This document shows, piece after piece, positions 42,473 through 52,949 of a stretch of DNA of 64,000 bases. Origin of the DNA: Polyangiaceae bacterium (GTDB taxonomy: Bacteria; Myxococcota_A; Polyangia; Polyangiales; Polyangiaceae); assembly GCA_035063585.1 (NCBI GenBank), contig JAPSGB010000011.1, positions 72,665 to 136,664 of the forward strand, given 5' to 3'. The notes beneath the pieces were generated by a model. That model did not search any database. It saw only the letters and a list, made by a program, of their open reading frames with translations, and was not told where the DNA came from. The translations under genes were made by a program, and so were the position numbers. The stretch's first letter is position 1; every line of letters begins with the position of its first letter.

Positions 42473-42985
42473 TCAGCGCGTGAGCTCGACCGCGGTCGCC
42501 ACCAGGGCGACCTCGTCGGCGGTGCCGTCGGGGTTCTTCTTCGCGAAGCGCGCGCCCTCGCTCTCGAGGTGGCTCACCATCGAGGCCGCGACCTGGTGCA
42601 CCTTCACCTCGCCTTGCACGCGCGCGCGCGCGCCGGCGGAGTCGAGTGGGATGAAGAAGCCGTAGTCCTTGAAGCTCACGCGGCAGCCGGGGCCGGCGTC
42701 GCCCGGGGTCGCGCCGATTTCCATCCAGCAACCGCGGCGCGTGCAGGCCCGGCGCACCTCGCCCTCCACGGTGACCGTGCGCCCGGCGTAGTCGGCGGGC
42801 GCGCCGAGCACGGCGCCGAGGCTCGCCTCGCCGCCCGGCGTGATGGCGGCGCCGTAGGGCGTCGTGACGCGCGCTGGCGCGGCGCTCGGCGCGGGCGCGG
42901 CGCTCGGCGCGGAGGAACCAGAACCCTGGCAGGCCGCGACGACGAGCGCGGCGCCGAGGAGCCCGAGGGAGCGTGCGAGAGTCAT
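42473..42985 (-). CDS. DUF4920-like OB-fold lipoprotein
   Basis: Lipobox VAAC; V.VEGEV...C...GCWM, V.FKDYGFF.P.D. Confidence 0.75.
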   Translation of the reverse strand: MTLARSLGLLGAALVVAACQGSGSSAPSAAPAPSAAPARVTTPYGAAITPGGEASLGAVLGAPADYAGRTVTVEGEVRRACTRRGCWMEIGATPGDAGPGCRVSFKDYGFFIPLDSAGARARVQGEVKVHQVAASMVSHLESEGARFAKKNPDGTADEVALVATAVELTR

Positions 42986-43022
42986 TGGCGCTCAGTATAG
43001 CCGGCGGTGTATCCTTTCAAGC

Positions 43023-43505
43023 ATGCGGGTGACGCTCGGGCTGCTCGGGGTGATGGGGCTCCTCCTCTCGGCGTGTTCGGGGAGCGGCTCGAGCGGGAGC
43101 GGCCCGGGCGGCTCGTCGAGCGATCCGCTCGCCGCGGAGCGGCGCGCCTGCGTCGACAAAATCAACGCCTACCGCGACACCCTCGGCCTGCCGCACTACG
43201 CGCTGTGGGCCGAGGCGGGCGCCTGCTCCGACGCGGAGGCGCGCGCGGACGCAAAGAGCGGCCAGGCGCACGGCGCGTTCGGCAACTGCGGGGAACACGC
43301 CCAGAACGAGTGCCCGGGCTGGCCCATCGAGAGCATCAGCGCGGCCTCCGGGAGCTGCCTCGACATGATGTGGGCGGAGGGCCCCGGCGAGAATTTCCAG
43401 GAGCACGGGCACTTCATCAACATGTCGAGCACGAAGTACACGAAGGTCGCCTGCGGGTTCTCGGCGTCGAGCGGCAGCGTGTGGGCCGTGCAGAACTTCA
43501 AGTAG
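43023..43505 (+). CDS. CAP/SCP-domain lipoprotein
   Basis: Lipobox LSAC; INAYR, HG.F, AQNEC, MMW.EG, GHF.NM, VACG, VQNF. Confidence 0.75.
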   Translation: MRVTLGLLGVMGLLLSACSGSGSSGSGPGGSSSDPLAAERRACVDKINAYRDTLGLPHYALWAEAGACSDAEARADAKSGQAHGAFGNCGEHAQNECPGWPIESISAASGSCLDMMWAEGPGENFQEHGHFINMSSTKYTKVACGFSASSGSVWAVQNFK

Positions 43506-43516
43506 CCGAGCGGTCG

Positions 43517-44728
43517 ATGCTCGCCTACGACGAGCTTCGCGCCCTGCTCGCCGCCGAGCGGTTGCCCGCCGCGCTGGTCGATCTCGACGCCTTCGATCGG
43601 AACCTCGAGGTGGTGCGCGAGGTGGTCGGCACGCGCGGCACGCCGGTGCGCGTCGCGAGCAAATCGCTCCGGGTGGTCGCGCTCCTCGACCGCCTCCTCG
43701 ACCGCGGCCGCGGGCTCATCCGGGGCGTGATGTGTTTCACCGCCGAGGAGGCCGAGCACCTCGCGCGCCACGGCTTCGACGACTTGCTGGTCGCGTACCC
43801 GACCGCGCGCGAGGGCGCGCTCGCGGCGCTCGCTCGCCTCGCGGAGGCTGGCGTCACCGCTCGCGTCGCGGTCGACTCGCTCGAGGGCGCTCGGCTCGTC
43901 TCGCGCGCGGGAGAGGCGCGCGGGGTGCGGGTGCCCGCGGTGGTCTGCGTCGACATGAGCCTCGAGCTCGCCGGCGGGCGGGTGCACCTCGGGGTGCGCC
44001 GCTCGCCGCTCCGCGAGCCGGGCGAAGTGGTGGCGCTCGCGCGCGCGCTCGAGCTGAGCCCCGGTGCGCGCTTCGCCGGGCTGCTCGGCTACGAGGCGCA
44101 GCTCGCGGGTCTCGCCGACGCGAACCCGGCGGAGCCGCTGGCGCGGCGCGCGAAGCGCCTCATGAAGTATGTGTCGCGCGGTGACGTCGCGCGCCGCCGG
44201 GTGCGATTGGTCGAGGCGCTCCGCGCGGCGGGCCTCGAGCCCGCCCTCGTGAACGGCGGCGGCTCGGGCTCGCTCGACTCGACCACGCCCGAGAGCGGCG
44301 TCACCGAGGTCGCGGTCGGCTCGGCCTTCCTGAAGCCGCACCTCTTCGACCACTACGCTGCGGCCTACCTGAAGCGGCTCGAGCCCGCGGCCGGCTTCGC
44401 GGTGGAGGTGAGCCGCGTGCCGGCGCCCGGCGTGGTGACGTGCCTCGGCGGCGGCTACCCCGCGAGCGGCGCGGCCGGCGCGGATCGGCTCCCGCTCCCG
44501 TGGCTCCCGCCGGGGCTCCGGCTGCTCCCGATGGAAGGCGCGGGCGAGGTGCAGACGCCGCTTCGAGTGCCGCCCGGCGTCCGGCTCGAGCTCGGCGAGC
44601 CGGTGATGTTCCGTCACGCGAAGGCGGGTGAGCTCGCCGAGCGCTTCAACGAGGTGCTGCTCGTCGCGGGCGGCCGCGTGGTCGGTCGCGCGAAGACCTA
44701 CCGCGGCGAGGGCTGCGCGTTTCTCTGA
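43517..44728 (+). CDS. PLP-dependent alanine-racemase-fold amino acid deaminase/aldolase
   Basis: RVASKSLR (PLP Lys), LVAYPT, GYEAQ, NGGGSGS, EGAGEVQTP, FRHAKAGE. Confidence 0.85.
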   Translation: MLAYDELRALLAAERLPAALVDLDAFDRNLEVVREVVGTRGTPVRVASKSLRVVALLDRLLDRGRGLIRGVMCFTAEEAEHLARHGFDDLLVAYPTAREGALAALARLAEAGVTARVAVDSLEGARLVSRAGEARGVRVPAVVCVDMSLELAGGRVHLGVRRSPLREPGEVVALARALELSPGARFAGLLGYEAQLAGLADANPAEPLARRAKRLMKYVSRGDVARRRVRLVEALRAAGLEPALVNGGGSGSLDSTTPESGVTEVAVGSAFLKPHLFDHYAAAYLKRLEPAAGFAVEVSRVPAPGVVTCLGGGYPASGAAGADRLPLPWLPPGLRLLPMEGAGEVQTPLRVPPGVRLELGEPVMFRHAKAGELAERFNEVLLVAGGRVVGRAKTYRGEGCAFL

Positions 44729-44832
44729 GCCGGGGGAGCGTTCTCGCGAGGAAGCGCGGATTCATTGCTGGCTGCGTGCGGCCGGGCCCGCGGCTGGGCA
44801 GCGCCCGCGCGCCGGGGTATCCTCGGGGACCC

Positions 44833-44934
44833 ATGAAGCAGACGGAGCGTCGGATGGCGGCGCGCGCGCTCCCGGCCGGCGCGCTCGGCGTGCCGGCGAC
44901 GGAGGCTCGGCGCTCGTTCGGCGGGGGGCACTGA
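44833..44934 (+). pseudogene. Internally deleted remnant of a PEGA/TPR gene paralogous to 45771-46814
   Basis: The 5' part GGGGTATCCTC..GACC.ATGAA..AGA.GGAGC.TCGG matches the start of 45771. The 3' part TCGTTCGGCGGGGGGCACTGA matches its end TCGCTCGGTGGGAGGTACTGA. Both precede paralogous lipoprotein genes. Confidence 0.65.
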
Positions 44935-44937
44935 CGC

Positions 44938-45699
44938 ATGCTCCGGCGTTTCTCCGTGCTCGCGATGGCCGGCTGGCTCGGCGCGTGCTCGCTCATCGCG
45001 GGGCTCGACGAAGACTACCGCGGTCCGGGCACGGCGGCGTCCGGCGGCGCGTCGAGCGGCGGCGGCGCGGGCACCGGCGGCGGCGCGGGCAGCGGCGGCA
45101 ACGGCCCGGGCGGCGCGCCGGGCACGGGAGGAACCAGCGGCGCGTCGGGCACGGGAGGAACGAGCGGCGCGTCGGGCACCGGCGGAGCGGGCGGTCAGGA
45201 CGCCGGCAGCGGCGGCGGCGCGGGCAGCGGCGGCAACGGCCCGGGCGGCGCGTCGGGCACCGGAGGAACGGGCGGCGCGTCGGGCACCGGAGGAACGGGC
45301 GGCGCGTCGGGCACCGGAGGAACGGGCGGCGCGTCGGGCACCGGAGGAACGGGCGGCGCTGGCGGTGCGCTGAACGAGTGGGTCAACGACGTTGGAAAGC
45401 TATGTCGTTCGGACGAGGACTGTAGTCTGAGCGGCATCCCGGGAGGGACGTGCGACGGTTCGAAGCGCTGCACGAGGCCATGCAACGATCACGACGACTG
45501 CGGATGTCCGAGCGGTACCACCGATGACGACCTCCGCGTCGGTTACTGCGTGGCAGCGTGCGTCGGTCCGCGGAGTGGCTCGGCGGGCTGGTGCCGTCGC
45601 GTTTGCGCCGATCCTGAACGACCTTGCTTGCCCGTGGATCAATGCACGAAGTACGACCTCGGCGGCTATGGATTTTGCTCTCCGAGACCGCCGCCGTGA
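44938..45699 (+). CDS. Lipoprotein: Gly/Ser/Thr linker plus 14-Cys C-terminal domain (paralog A)
   Basis: WLGACSLIAGLDEDYRGPG lipobox region; GGASGTGGT repeats; Cys-rich tail. Confidence 0.8.
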   Translation: MLRRFSVLAMAGWLGACSLIAGLDEDYRGPGTAASGGASSGGGAGTGGGAGSGGNGPGGAPGTGGTSGASGTGGTSGASGTGGAGGQDAGSGGGAGSGGNGPGGASGTGGTGGASGTGGTGGASGTGGTGGASGTGGTGGAGGALNEWVNDVGKLCRSDEDCSLSGIPGGTCDGSKRCTRPCNDHDDCGCPSGTTDDDLRVGYCVAACVGPRSGSAGWCRRVCADPERPCLPVDQCTKYDLGGYGFCSPRPPP

Positions 45700-45770
45700 G
45701 CGCTCGCGAGCCGCGCCGCCGCGCGCTCGGCTAGGCAGCGGCCGCGCGGACGGGGTATCCTCTGCGACCA

Positions 45771-46814
45771 ATGAATGAGATGGAGCATCGGGCGACGGCG
45801 CGAGGCGCGCGCGTGGTGAGGCGGTGGTGCGGCGGGCTCGCGCTCTGCGGGCTCCTCTTCGCGGCGCCGGTGGCGAGCGCGCAGGGCGAGAGCGCGCGGG
45901 TGCTCTTCGAGCGCGGGCTCGCCGCCTTCGAGCGCGGCGAGACGGCGGCGGCGTGTCAGCTCTTCGAGAAGAGCTACGCGCTCGATGGCGCGAGCGGCAC
46001 TCTTTATAACCTGGCGTTCTGCCACCAAAGAGCCGGCCTTCACTGGCAGGCGCGGGGTGAGTTCTTGAAGCTCGCGGCGCAGATGGACCGCGAGCAGAAG
46101 CCCGACAAGGCCAGGCTCGCCCGCGAGGGCGCGGCCGAGGCCGAGCGGCACGTGCCGAAGCTCACGCTCGTGATGCCCTCGCCGAACGACGCCGCGTGGA
46201 TCGAGCTCGACGGCGAGGCGCTCGACGAGGCCGGGTGGTCGCGACCCATCCCGGTCGCGCCGGGAACGCACCTCATCACGGTCGGGGCGGACGGCTTCGA
46301 CACCGCCAGCCTCACCGTCGTCGCTCGAGGCGGGGGCGAGCTCGTCCGGGTGAACATCCCGCTGCTCGTTCGCACGGCCGGCGGGCCCTCGCCGGAGCGC
46401 GAGGCGGGTGGGGGGGCCCCGCGCCCACCTGCGGCCGACGCCTCCGCCGGCTGGACGACGCGCAAGACGACCGGCGCGGTGGTCGGCGGGCTCGGCGTCG
46501 TGGCGGTCGGGGTCGGGGCGGTCTTCGGGCTCGACGCGATCTCCAAGAAGAGTAGCGCGGACGACCAGTGCGGCGGCTCGAGCGGTCGCTGCTCGTCCGA
46601 CGCTGGCGCGCTCGCCGCTCAGGATCGACTCCGTGAGGCCCAGGGCTCGGCGCTCGTGAGCACCGTCGCGGTGGGCGGCGGCCTCATCGCCGCGGTGATC
46701 GGCGGCTACCTCTTCTTCGGCGCGAGCGACGAGGCGCCGCCGTCGGCCGGAGTGCGCCTGGCGCCCGTGGTCGGCCTCGGCGGCGCGGGGCTCTCGCTCG
46801 GTGGGAGGTACTGA
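45771..46814 (+). CDS. Secreted TPR + PEGA-like protein with hydrophobic hairpin and C-terminal beta-signal
   Basis: Signal peptide; LFE.G..AF..G....AC..FE.SY.LD...GTLYNLA.C; PV.PG.H.I.V; ends GAGLSLGGRY. Confidence 0.8.
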   Translation: MNEMEHRATARGARVVRRWCGGLALCGLLFAAPVASAQGESARVLFERGLAAFERGETAAACQLFEKSYALDGASGTLYNLAFCHQRAGLHWQARGEFLKLAAQMDREQKPDKARLAREGAAEAERHVPKLTLVMPSPNDAAWIELDGEALDEAGWSRPIPVAPGTHLITVGADGFDTASLTVVARGGGELVRVNIPLLVRTAGGPSPEREAGGGAPRPPAADASAGWTTRKTTGAVVGGLGVVAVGVGAVFGLDAISKKSSADDQCGGSSGRCSSDAGALAAQDRLREAQGSALVSTVAVGGGLIAAVIGGYLFFGASDEAPPSAGVRLAPVVGLGGAGLSLGGRY

Positions 46815-46818
46815 GAGC

Positions 46819-47559
46819 GTGCTCCGGCGCTTCGCGGCGGGCGCGGCCGCCTGCTGGCTCGGCGCGTGCTCGCTCATCGCGGGGCTCGACGAAGACTACC
46901 GCGGACCGGGCGCGGCTTCGTCCGGTGGCGCGGCGAGCGGCGCGGCGGGCGGCCGTGACGCGGGCGGCGGCGCGGCGAGCGGTGCGTCCGGCACCGGCGG
47001 GGCGGGCGGTCACGACGCCGGCACCGGCGGGACGAGCGGCCACGACGCCGGCACCGGCGGCGGCGCGGGCACCGGCGGCGGCGCGAGCGGCAGCGGCGGC
47101 GCGGGCACCGGCGGCGGCGCGGGCACCGGCGGCGGCGCGGGCACCGGCGGCGCGAGCGGCAGCGGCGGCGCGAGCGGCAGCGGCGGCGCGAGCGGCAGCG
47201 GCGGCACGAGCGGCAGCGGCGGCGCGAGCGGCAGCGGCGGCGGGTCGACGCGATGGGACGACGCGATTGGCAAGATATGCTCGACGCACGAGGGGTGCTG
47301 GGGGACGTTCGGAATCCCCGACGGATATTGCGACGGTTTCTTCCGGTGCACGAAGGAGTGCACGACCCACGCCGACTGCGGGTGCCCGAGTGGCACTACG
47401 GATCAAGACATTAGAGACGGTCGATGCGCCGCGGCCTGCCTTGACGCTGACGGCGCCACCACGCACCGCTGCCGCCGGGTTTGCGATGCCAACCGAGCCT
47501 GTTCCGGCGCGGACCTCTGCGCGATGTCGCCCGGCGGTTACGAATATTGTACTCAGTAG
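46819..47559 (+). CDS. Lipoprotein: Gly/Ser/Thr linker plus 14-Cys C-terminal domain (paralog B)
   Basis: Same WLGACSLIAGLDEDYRGPG; all 14 Cys align with paralog A. Confidence 0.8.
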   Translation: MLRRFAAGAAACWLGACSLIAGLDEDYRGPGAASSGGAASGAAGGRDAGGGAASGASGTGGAGGHDAGTGGTSGHDAGTGGGAGTGGGASGSGGAGTGGGAGTGGGAGTGGASGSGGASGSGGASGSGGTSGSGGASGSGGGSTRWDDAIGKICSTHEGCWGTFGIPDGYCDGFFRCTKECTTHADCGCPSGTTDQDIRDGRCAAACLDADGATTHRCRRVCDANRACSGADLCAMSPGGYEYCTQ

Positions 47560-47571
47560 CCGCCTGCGCGC

Positions 47572-48933
47572 TCACCCGCCGCGGCGCGCCGCCAGCTCTT
47601 TCTCGGCGACCGCTCCGGCGATGAGCACGGGATCGTACACGGGCGCGAAGGGCGGCGCGTAGGCGAGATCGAGCCAGGCGAGCGCGTCGACGGTGAGCTT
47701 CGCGGTGAGCGCCATCGCGAGCACGTTGACGCGGCCGGGCACACCTTCGCGCGCGACCTGCTGCGCGCCGAGCAGGCGCCCCGTCCGGCCGTCGACGGTG
47801 AGCACCGTGTGCGCGGGCGAGCCGCCCGGATAGGAGCCGGCGCGGGTCGGCTGCTTCGACTCCGAGCGGAAGGCGTCGAACCCGAGTCTTCGCGCCTCCT
47901 CGACCCCGAGCCCCGTCCGGCCGACCTCGAGGCCGAACACCTTGAACGCGGACGTCCCGACCACGCCGGGGAACCGCTGGTCGCCGCCGACCGCGCCCGC
48001 GCCCGCGAGCTTCCCCTGCTTGTTGGCGGTGGTGCCGAGCGGGATCCAGGCCGGGCGCTCGCTCACGAGGTGCCACGCCTCGGCGCAGTCGCCGGCCGCG
48101 AAGATGTCCGGCAGGTTGGTGCGGAGCCGGTCGTCGGTCGCGATGGCGCCGGTCGCGCCGAGCGCGATCCCCGCCTCGCGCGCGAGCGCGACGTTCGGGC
48201 GCACGCCGACCGCGACGAGCGCGACGTCCGCCTCGACCGCGCCCGCGCCCGTGAGCACGCGGAGCGTGCCGCCGGCGCGCTCGAAGCCCGTCACCGCGAC
48301 GCTCGTCAGCACCTGGACGCCGCCGCGCTCGAGCTCCTCGCGGACGAGCCTGGCGAGCCCGCCGTCGAAGCCGGTCGCGACCGTCTCCTGCCGCTCGATG
48401 AGCGTCACCTCGAAGCCCCGCGCGCGGAGCACCTCGCACATCTCGAGGCCGATGTACCCACCGCCGATGACCGCCACGCGCTTTACGCCGGGCGCGGCGA
48501 GCGCGCGCTTCAGCGCCTGCCCGTCGGTGAGCTCGCGCAGCGTGAAGATCCCGTCGAGCTCGGCGCCGGGCACGGGGAGGCGCACCGCGGAGGCGCCGGT
48601 CGCGATGATCAGGCGCTCATAGCCGAGGCTCGAGCGCGCGCCCGAGTCGAGCGCCTCCACCTCGACGCGCTTCGCGCCGGCGTCGATGGCGACCGCGGCG
48701 TGCCCGAGCCGCACGTCGATACGCCGCTCGGTCCGAAACCGCTCGGCGGAGATGGCGATCAAATCCTCCATCATACGCGCCGGATCCTCGATGTTGTACG
48801 GCGTCCCGCAAGCGCCGTACGAGACGTACGGCCCGCGCTCGAGCACGACGACCTCGGCGTCCGGGCTCCGCCGCTTGGCCTGGCTCGCCGCGCTCATGCC
48901 GGCGGCGACTCCTCCGATGACGACCACGCGCAT
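47572..48933 (-). CDS. CoA-disulfide reductase / NADH oxidase family flavoprotein
   Basis: GGVAAGMSAA, SYGACG redox Cys, ATGA, GGGYIGLE, AAGDC, LAYAPPF. Confidence 0.9.
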   Translation of the reverse strand: MRVVVIGGVAAGMSAASQAKRRSPDAEVVVLERGPYVSYGACGTPYNIEDPARMMEDLIAISAERFRTERRIDVRLGHAAVAIDAGAKRVEVEALDSGARSSLGYERLIIATGASAVRLPVPGAELDGIFTLRELTDGQALKRALAAPGVKRVAVIGGGYIGLEMCEVLRARGFEVTLIERQETVATGFDGGLARLVREELERGGVQVLTSVAVTGFERAGGTLRVLTGAGAVEADVALVAVGVRPNVALAREAGIALGATGAIATDDRLRTNLPDIFAAGDCAEAWHLVSERPAWIPLGTTANKQGKLAGAGAVGGDQRFPGVVGTSAFKVFGLEVGRTGLGVEEARRLGFDAFRSESKQPTRAGSYPGGSPAHTVLTVDGRTGRLLGAQQVAREGVPGRVNVLAMALTAKLTVDALAWLDLAYAPPFAPVYDPVLIAGAVAEKELAARRGG

Positions 48934-48999
48934 GCTGACGATCTCCTGGGGCCCGCGCCGGGCTCGGGTGAGCCCAGGCCGGAGCTGGGAAGGAGGTTG

Positions 49000-49072
<73 letters not shown>

Positions 49073-49234
49073 GAGATTTTGTGGGTGTCGGCCCGGCGCG
49101 GAACCCCGCGCGGGGCGAGAGCTTTTAGCTCACCCTCCGCCCCCCGTGCAAGCCCGTGGTGACCGACCGGGCGCGGGGACCGCCCGCCGGCGAAGCGCCA
49201 CCGCGCCCCCGCCGAGCCAGGGTAGAGTCGGCGG

Positions 49235-50314
49235 GTGGTCAGTCTCTCGCCGCTCGGCCTCGCGAACCCCTACGCCGCGCCGCAGTTTCTCCAGCAGCTC
49301 CTCTCCAAGGCGATCTCGTCGGGCGCGCGCGATCTCCACCTGAAGGTCGGGCAGCCGCCCGGCGCGCGCGTGCGCGACGATCTCATCTACTTCCGCATCG
49401 ACAAGCTGCGCCCCGAGGACACCGAGCTCATCGCGCGGCAGGTCATCTCCGAGCCGGCGGTGCTCGACCGGCTCCGAGAGCTCGAGGAGTACGACACCTC
49501 GTACGCCGTGAGCGGGCTCGGGCGGTTCCGCGTGAACGTCTACCGGCAACGCGGGACGCTCGCGATCGTGATGCGGATCATCCCGCACGACATCCCGAGC
49601 TTCGAGTCGCTCGGGACGCCGCCGGCGTGCCGCGAGCTCGCCGAGCGCGACCGCGGCCTCGTACTCTGCGTGGGCGCGGCGGGCAACGGCAAGAGCAGCA
49701 CGCTCGCGGCCATGGTGAACCACATGAACCACACCATGTCGCGCCACATCATCACCATCGAGGATCCGATCGAGTACCTCCACGCCGATGATCGCTGCTC
49801 CATCAGCCAGCGCGAAATCGGCCACGACACCAAGAGCTTCGCTTCGGCGCTCCGGGCCGCGCTCCGCCAGGATCCGGACGTCATCCAGCTCGGCGAGATC
49901 CGGGACGCCGAGAGCATGGACAGCGCGCTGAAGGCCGCCGAGACGGGACACCTGGTGCTCTCGACGCTCCACACGCCGGACGTCGCGCGCACCATGAACC
50001 GCATCATCGCGCTCGCCGAGGGCGACGCCGATGAGGTGCGCGAGCGGCTCGGCGACGCCTTTCAGGGGGTCGTCGCCCAGCGGCTGCTGCCGCGCGCGGA
50101 CGGAAACGGCATGGTGCTCGCGGCCGAGGTGCTGGTCGCGAGCGGCTCGGTCCGCGAATCGATCAAGCGCCCGCTCGGCAACCCGTCGCTGAAGGAGCTG
50201 ATGGACGGCGGCGCGCACCCCTACGGCATGCAGACCTTCGAGACGGCCGTAAAGCAGCTGGTCCGCGAGGGCCTGGTCGATCGCGACACCGCCCGCTCCG
50301 CCATGGGGTTTTGA
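49235..50314 (+). CDS. pilT: PilT/PilU-family type IV pilus retraction ATPase
   Basis: [51 protein letters not shown]. The AIRNLIRE motif is degenerate, so it may be a paralog. Confidence 0.88.
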   Translation: MVSLSPLGLANPYAAPQFLQQLLSKAISSGARDLHLKVGQPPGARVRDDLIYFRIDKLRPEDTELIARQVISEPAVLDRLRELEEYDTSYAVSGLGRFRVNVYRQRGTLAIVMRIIPHDIPSFESLGTPPACRELAERDRGLVLCVGAAGNGKSSTLAAMVNHMNHTMSRHIITIEDPIEYLHADDRCSISQREIGHDTKSFASALRAALRQDPDVIQLGEIRDAESMDSALKAAETGHLVLSTLHTPDVARTMNRIIALAEGDADEVRERLGDAFQGVVAQRLLPRADGNGMVLAAEVLVASGSVRESIKRPLGNPSLKELMDGGAHPYGMQTFETAVKQLVREGLVDRDTARSAMGF

Positions 50315-50375
50315 CTTCCTCGACCCGGGCGAGCCGCGCATCGCGCCGCCGCCCGCTCCGCCATGGGGTTTTGAC
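50280..50375. repeat. Direct repeat of the last ~36 bp of pilT at 60-bp period
   Basis: CCGCCCGCTCCGCCATGGGGTTTTGAC is identical at 50289-50315 and 50349-50375. Confidence 0.9.
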
Positions 50376-50486
50376 GGCGCGGCCGGCGGCGCGTTCGAGC
50401 GCCCCGGTCCGCGGGGAGCGGGCGCGCCTCGGGGAGCGGCGCGCGCGCCGCGCGCCGCGCGCGCGGATCTGCTATGGACGGGGCCG

Positions 50487-51443
50487 ATGTCCGACCTCCG
50501 TCATGACTGGGCGCTCGCCGAGGTGCGAGCTATTCACGATCTCCCGCTGTTCGAGCTCATCGATCGAGCGCGCGCGGTTCACGTCCGTCATCACGACACC
50601 CAGCACGTCCAGCTCTGCACGCTCGTGAGCGTGAAGACGGGTGGCTGCCCGGAGGATTGCGCGTACTGCCCGCAGTCGAGCCGGAACCACACGAGCGTGA
50701 AGCCGGAGGCGATGATGACCGTCGACGAGGTGCTCACGGCAGCCCGGCGCGCGAAGGACAACGGCGCGACGCGCTTCTGCATGGGCGCCGCCTGGCGCGG
50801 CGTGAAGGCTGGCCCGGCCTTCGAGAAGGTGCTCGAGATGGTGCGCGGCGTGCGCGCGCTCGACCTCGAGGCCTGCGTCACGCTCGGAAAGCTCGAGCCC
50901 GAGCAGGCCCTGGAGCTCAAGGAAGCGGGGCTCTCCGCCTACAACCACAACCTCGACACCTCGCGGGAGTTCTACGAGCAGATCATCACCACGCGCACCT
51001 TCGACGATCGGCTCTCGACGATTCGTAACGTGCGCGCGGCCGGGATCACGGTGTGCTCGGGCGGCATCATCGGGATGGGCGAGAGCATCGACGACCGCTG
51101 CAACATGCTCATCGAGCTGGCCCAGCTCGACCCGCACCCGGAGAGCGTGCCCATCAACGCGCTCGTCCGCGTCGAGGGGACCCCGCTCGCGGCGCTGCCG
51201 CCCATCGATCCGCTCGAGTTGGTTCGGATGATCGCGACCGCGCGCTCCATCATGCCGCGCTCCAAGGTGCGGCTGAGCGCGGGGCGCACCGAGCTGCCGC
51301 GCGAGGCGCAGCTCCTCTGCCTCTACGCGGGCGCCAACAGCATCTTCTACGGTGACAAGCTGCTCACCACGCCGAACCCCGGCCGCGACACCGACCAGGA
51401 GCTCATCCGGGACGCGGGGCTCGCGCCGCTGCCGCCGGCCTGA
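50487..51443 (+). CDS. bioB: Biotin synthase
   Basis: [15 protein letters not shown] (radical SAM), [45 protein letters not shown]. Confidence 0.97.
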   Translation: MSDLRHDWALAEVRAIHDLPLFELIDRARAVHVRHHDTQHVQLCTLVSVKTGGCPEDCAYCPQSSRNHTSVKPEAMMTVDEVLTAARRAKDNGATRFCMGAAWRGVKAGPAFEKVLEMVRGVRALDLEACVTLGKLEPEQALELKEAGLSAYNHNLDTSREFYEQIITTRTFDDRLSTIRNVRAAGITVCSGGIIGMGESIDDRCNMLIELAQLDPHPESVPINALVRVEGTPLAALPPIDPLELVRMIATARSIMPRSKVRLSAGRTELPREAQLLCLYAGANSIFYGDKLLTTPNPGRDTDQELIRDAGLAPLPPA

Positions 51444-51493
51444 GCCGGCGGCGAGCCCGGGCGGCTCGGCGGGCAGCGCCGCACCGCGCGGGG

Positions 51494-52627
51494 TCAGCGC
51501 CGGACGTTCGGCAGGAGCTGGTAGACGGTCACCGCGTCGGCGAACACCTCGACCTCCTGTTCCATGAAGAGGACCGGCTCGGCGTCGCTCTCGGAGATTC
51601 GGCCCCAGAACTGGAGCTTGTACTTGTGCGCGGCCGTCGCGGCGTCCGTGTTCGGGGGCACGTTGATGACCACCCCGAGCGACTGCTTCGGGTGCGAGAA
51701 GGTGCACTTCGGCTGGGGCACGTCCGCGTCCGAGTAGATGTAGCGGGCGTCGGTGTCGCAGTTGCCGGCCGGCAGCGGCTTGCCGGTGTCACCGTCCACC
51801 AGCACGAAGCGCGCCCCGCGGAGATCGTCGTCGTCGCAGTCGCGAATGGGCGCGGCCACGATGCCGTAGCCGGCCGGCGGCGTCCAACCCGGGGTCGTGC
51901 CCGGGTAGGCGTTGGCCACCGCGGTCGCGAGCGTCGCGTAGTCCGACGGACGGATGGTGGTCCCCTCGATGCGGCGCGGCGGCGCGAACATCCGATCGCC
52001 GAAGCCGTAGAACTCCTTGGCTACGTTGGGCTTGGCGTGGACGTGATACGCGATGACGGACGCGGCCGGCGTCGGGAAGAAGAGCTCCCCGTCGTTCAGC
52101 TCGGCCGGGCCGCCGCTCTCCGGGCCCTTGGTGGTCCCCGAGGCGAAGGGCGTCTGCCCGTAGATGTGGTCGCCCTCGTAGAGATCGACGTCGAGGTCCG
52201 GCACCGCGTTGCCCGTGAGGAAGTCCTTCACGACGAAGATCCGCTGCGGCCCACCGGCCGCGCCGGCCGCGCCGCTTCCGGCCGCGCCACCGGCGCCGCT
52301 TCCGGCCGCGCCACCGGCGCCACCGGCGCCGGTGATGCAGGACCAATCCGGCGCCACCTGCTGGCCGCTCTTCGTCACCGTCAACACCGGCAGGGTGGTG
52401 TCGCAGCAGAGCGAGTCGGCGCCGAGCGCGCATTTCCCGGGGAACTCCGCGGAGACCGGGCCGCAGGTGCCGCCGCTGGTGCCCCCCGTCGAGGAGCCGC
52501 CGCCGGTCGCGCCGGAGCCGCCCGTGCCGCCCTTCGGCGAGTCATCGTCGCCGCCCGAGCAGGCGACGACCCCCGCGGCCATCGCGCCGACCAAGACCAA
52601 ACCCAAGAGACGAAGCGGACGCTGCAC
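51494..52627 (-). CDS. Hypothetical lipoprotein with Gly-rich linkers
   Basis: Lipobox VVAC; Gly linkers; beta-rich C-terminal region; GGAG RBS upstream. Confidence 0.75.
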   Translation of the reverse strand: MQRPLRLLGLVLVGAMAAGVVACSGGDDDSPKGGTGGSGATGGGSSTGGTSGGTCGPVSAEFPGKCALGADSLCCDTTLPVLTVTKSGQQVAPDWSCITGAGGAGGAAGSGAGGAAGSGAAGAAGGPQRIFVVKDFLTGNAVPDLDVDLYEGDHIYGQTPFASGTTKGPESGGPAELNDGELFFPTPAASVIAYHVHAKPNVAKEFYGFGDRMFAPPRRIEGTTIRPSDYATLATAVANAYPGTTPGWTPPAGYGIVAAPIRDCDDDDLRGARFVLVDGDTGKPLPAGNCDTDARYIYSDADVPQPKCTFSHPKQSLGVVINVPPNTDAATAAHKYKLQFWGRISESDAEPVLFMEQEVEVFADAVTVYQLLPNVRR

Positions 52628-52949
52628 GGAGGCTCTCCTTCATGTTCACGCACGAAGCGCGAAGGCGACCTTTACCGCACCCGCTCCGCCGGTTCCAGCG
52701 GCTCGCGCCGGCCGCAGCGGAGGGCGGCGCCGAGCGCGCGGGCGGCATTCCGCGGCGGGCGAGCGACGGTACGCTCGCGGAGCGCGGGGGGCGGCCGTCG
52801 CTCGCCGCGTCCGATGGCAGCGCCCGCGAGGTCCCTTCGCCCGGCTTCCCTCCGGCCGTTCGAGCGCTCCCCTTCGCGACCGCGCGCGGGCGAGAGGGAG
52901 GGGAGGGTGCCGGCGCGGCCGGCGTCGGATCACGGAGAGCATCTGACGG

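Noticed and set aside
45370..47559. Diversity-generating retroelement acting on the Cys-rich heads
   Set aside because: No reverse transcriptase, differences are not adenine-restricted and include indels, and both copies are coding.
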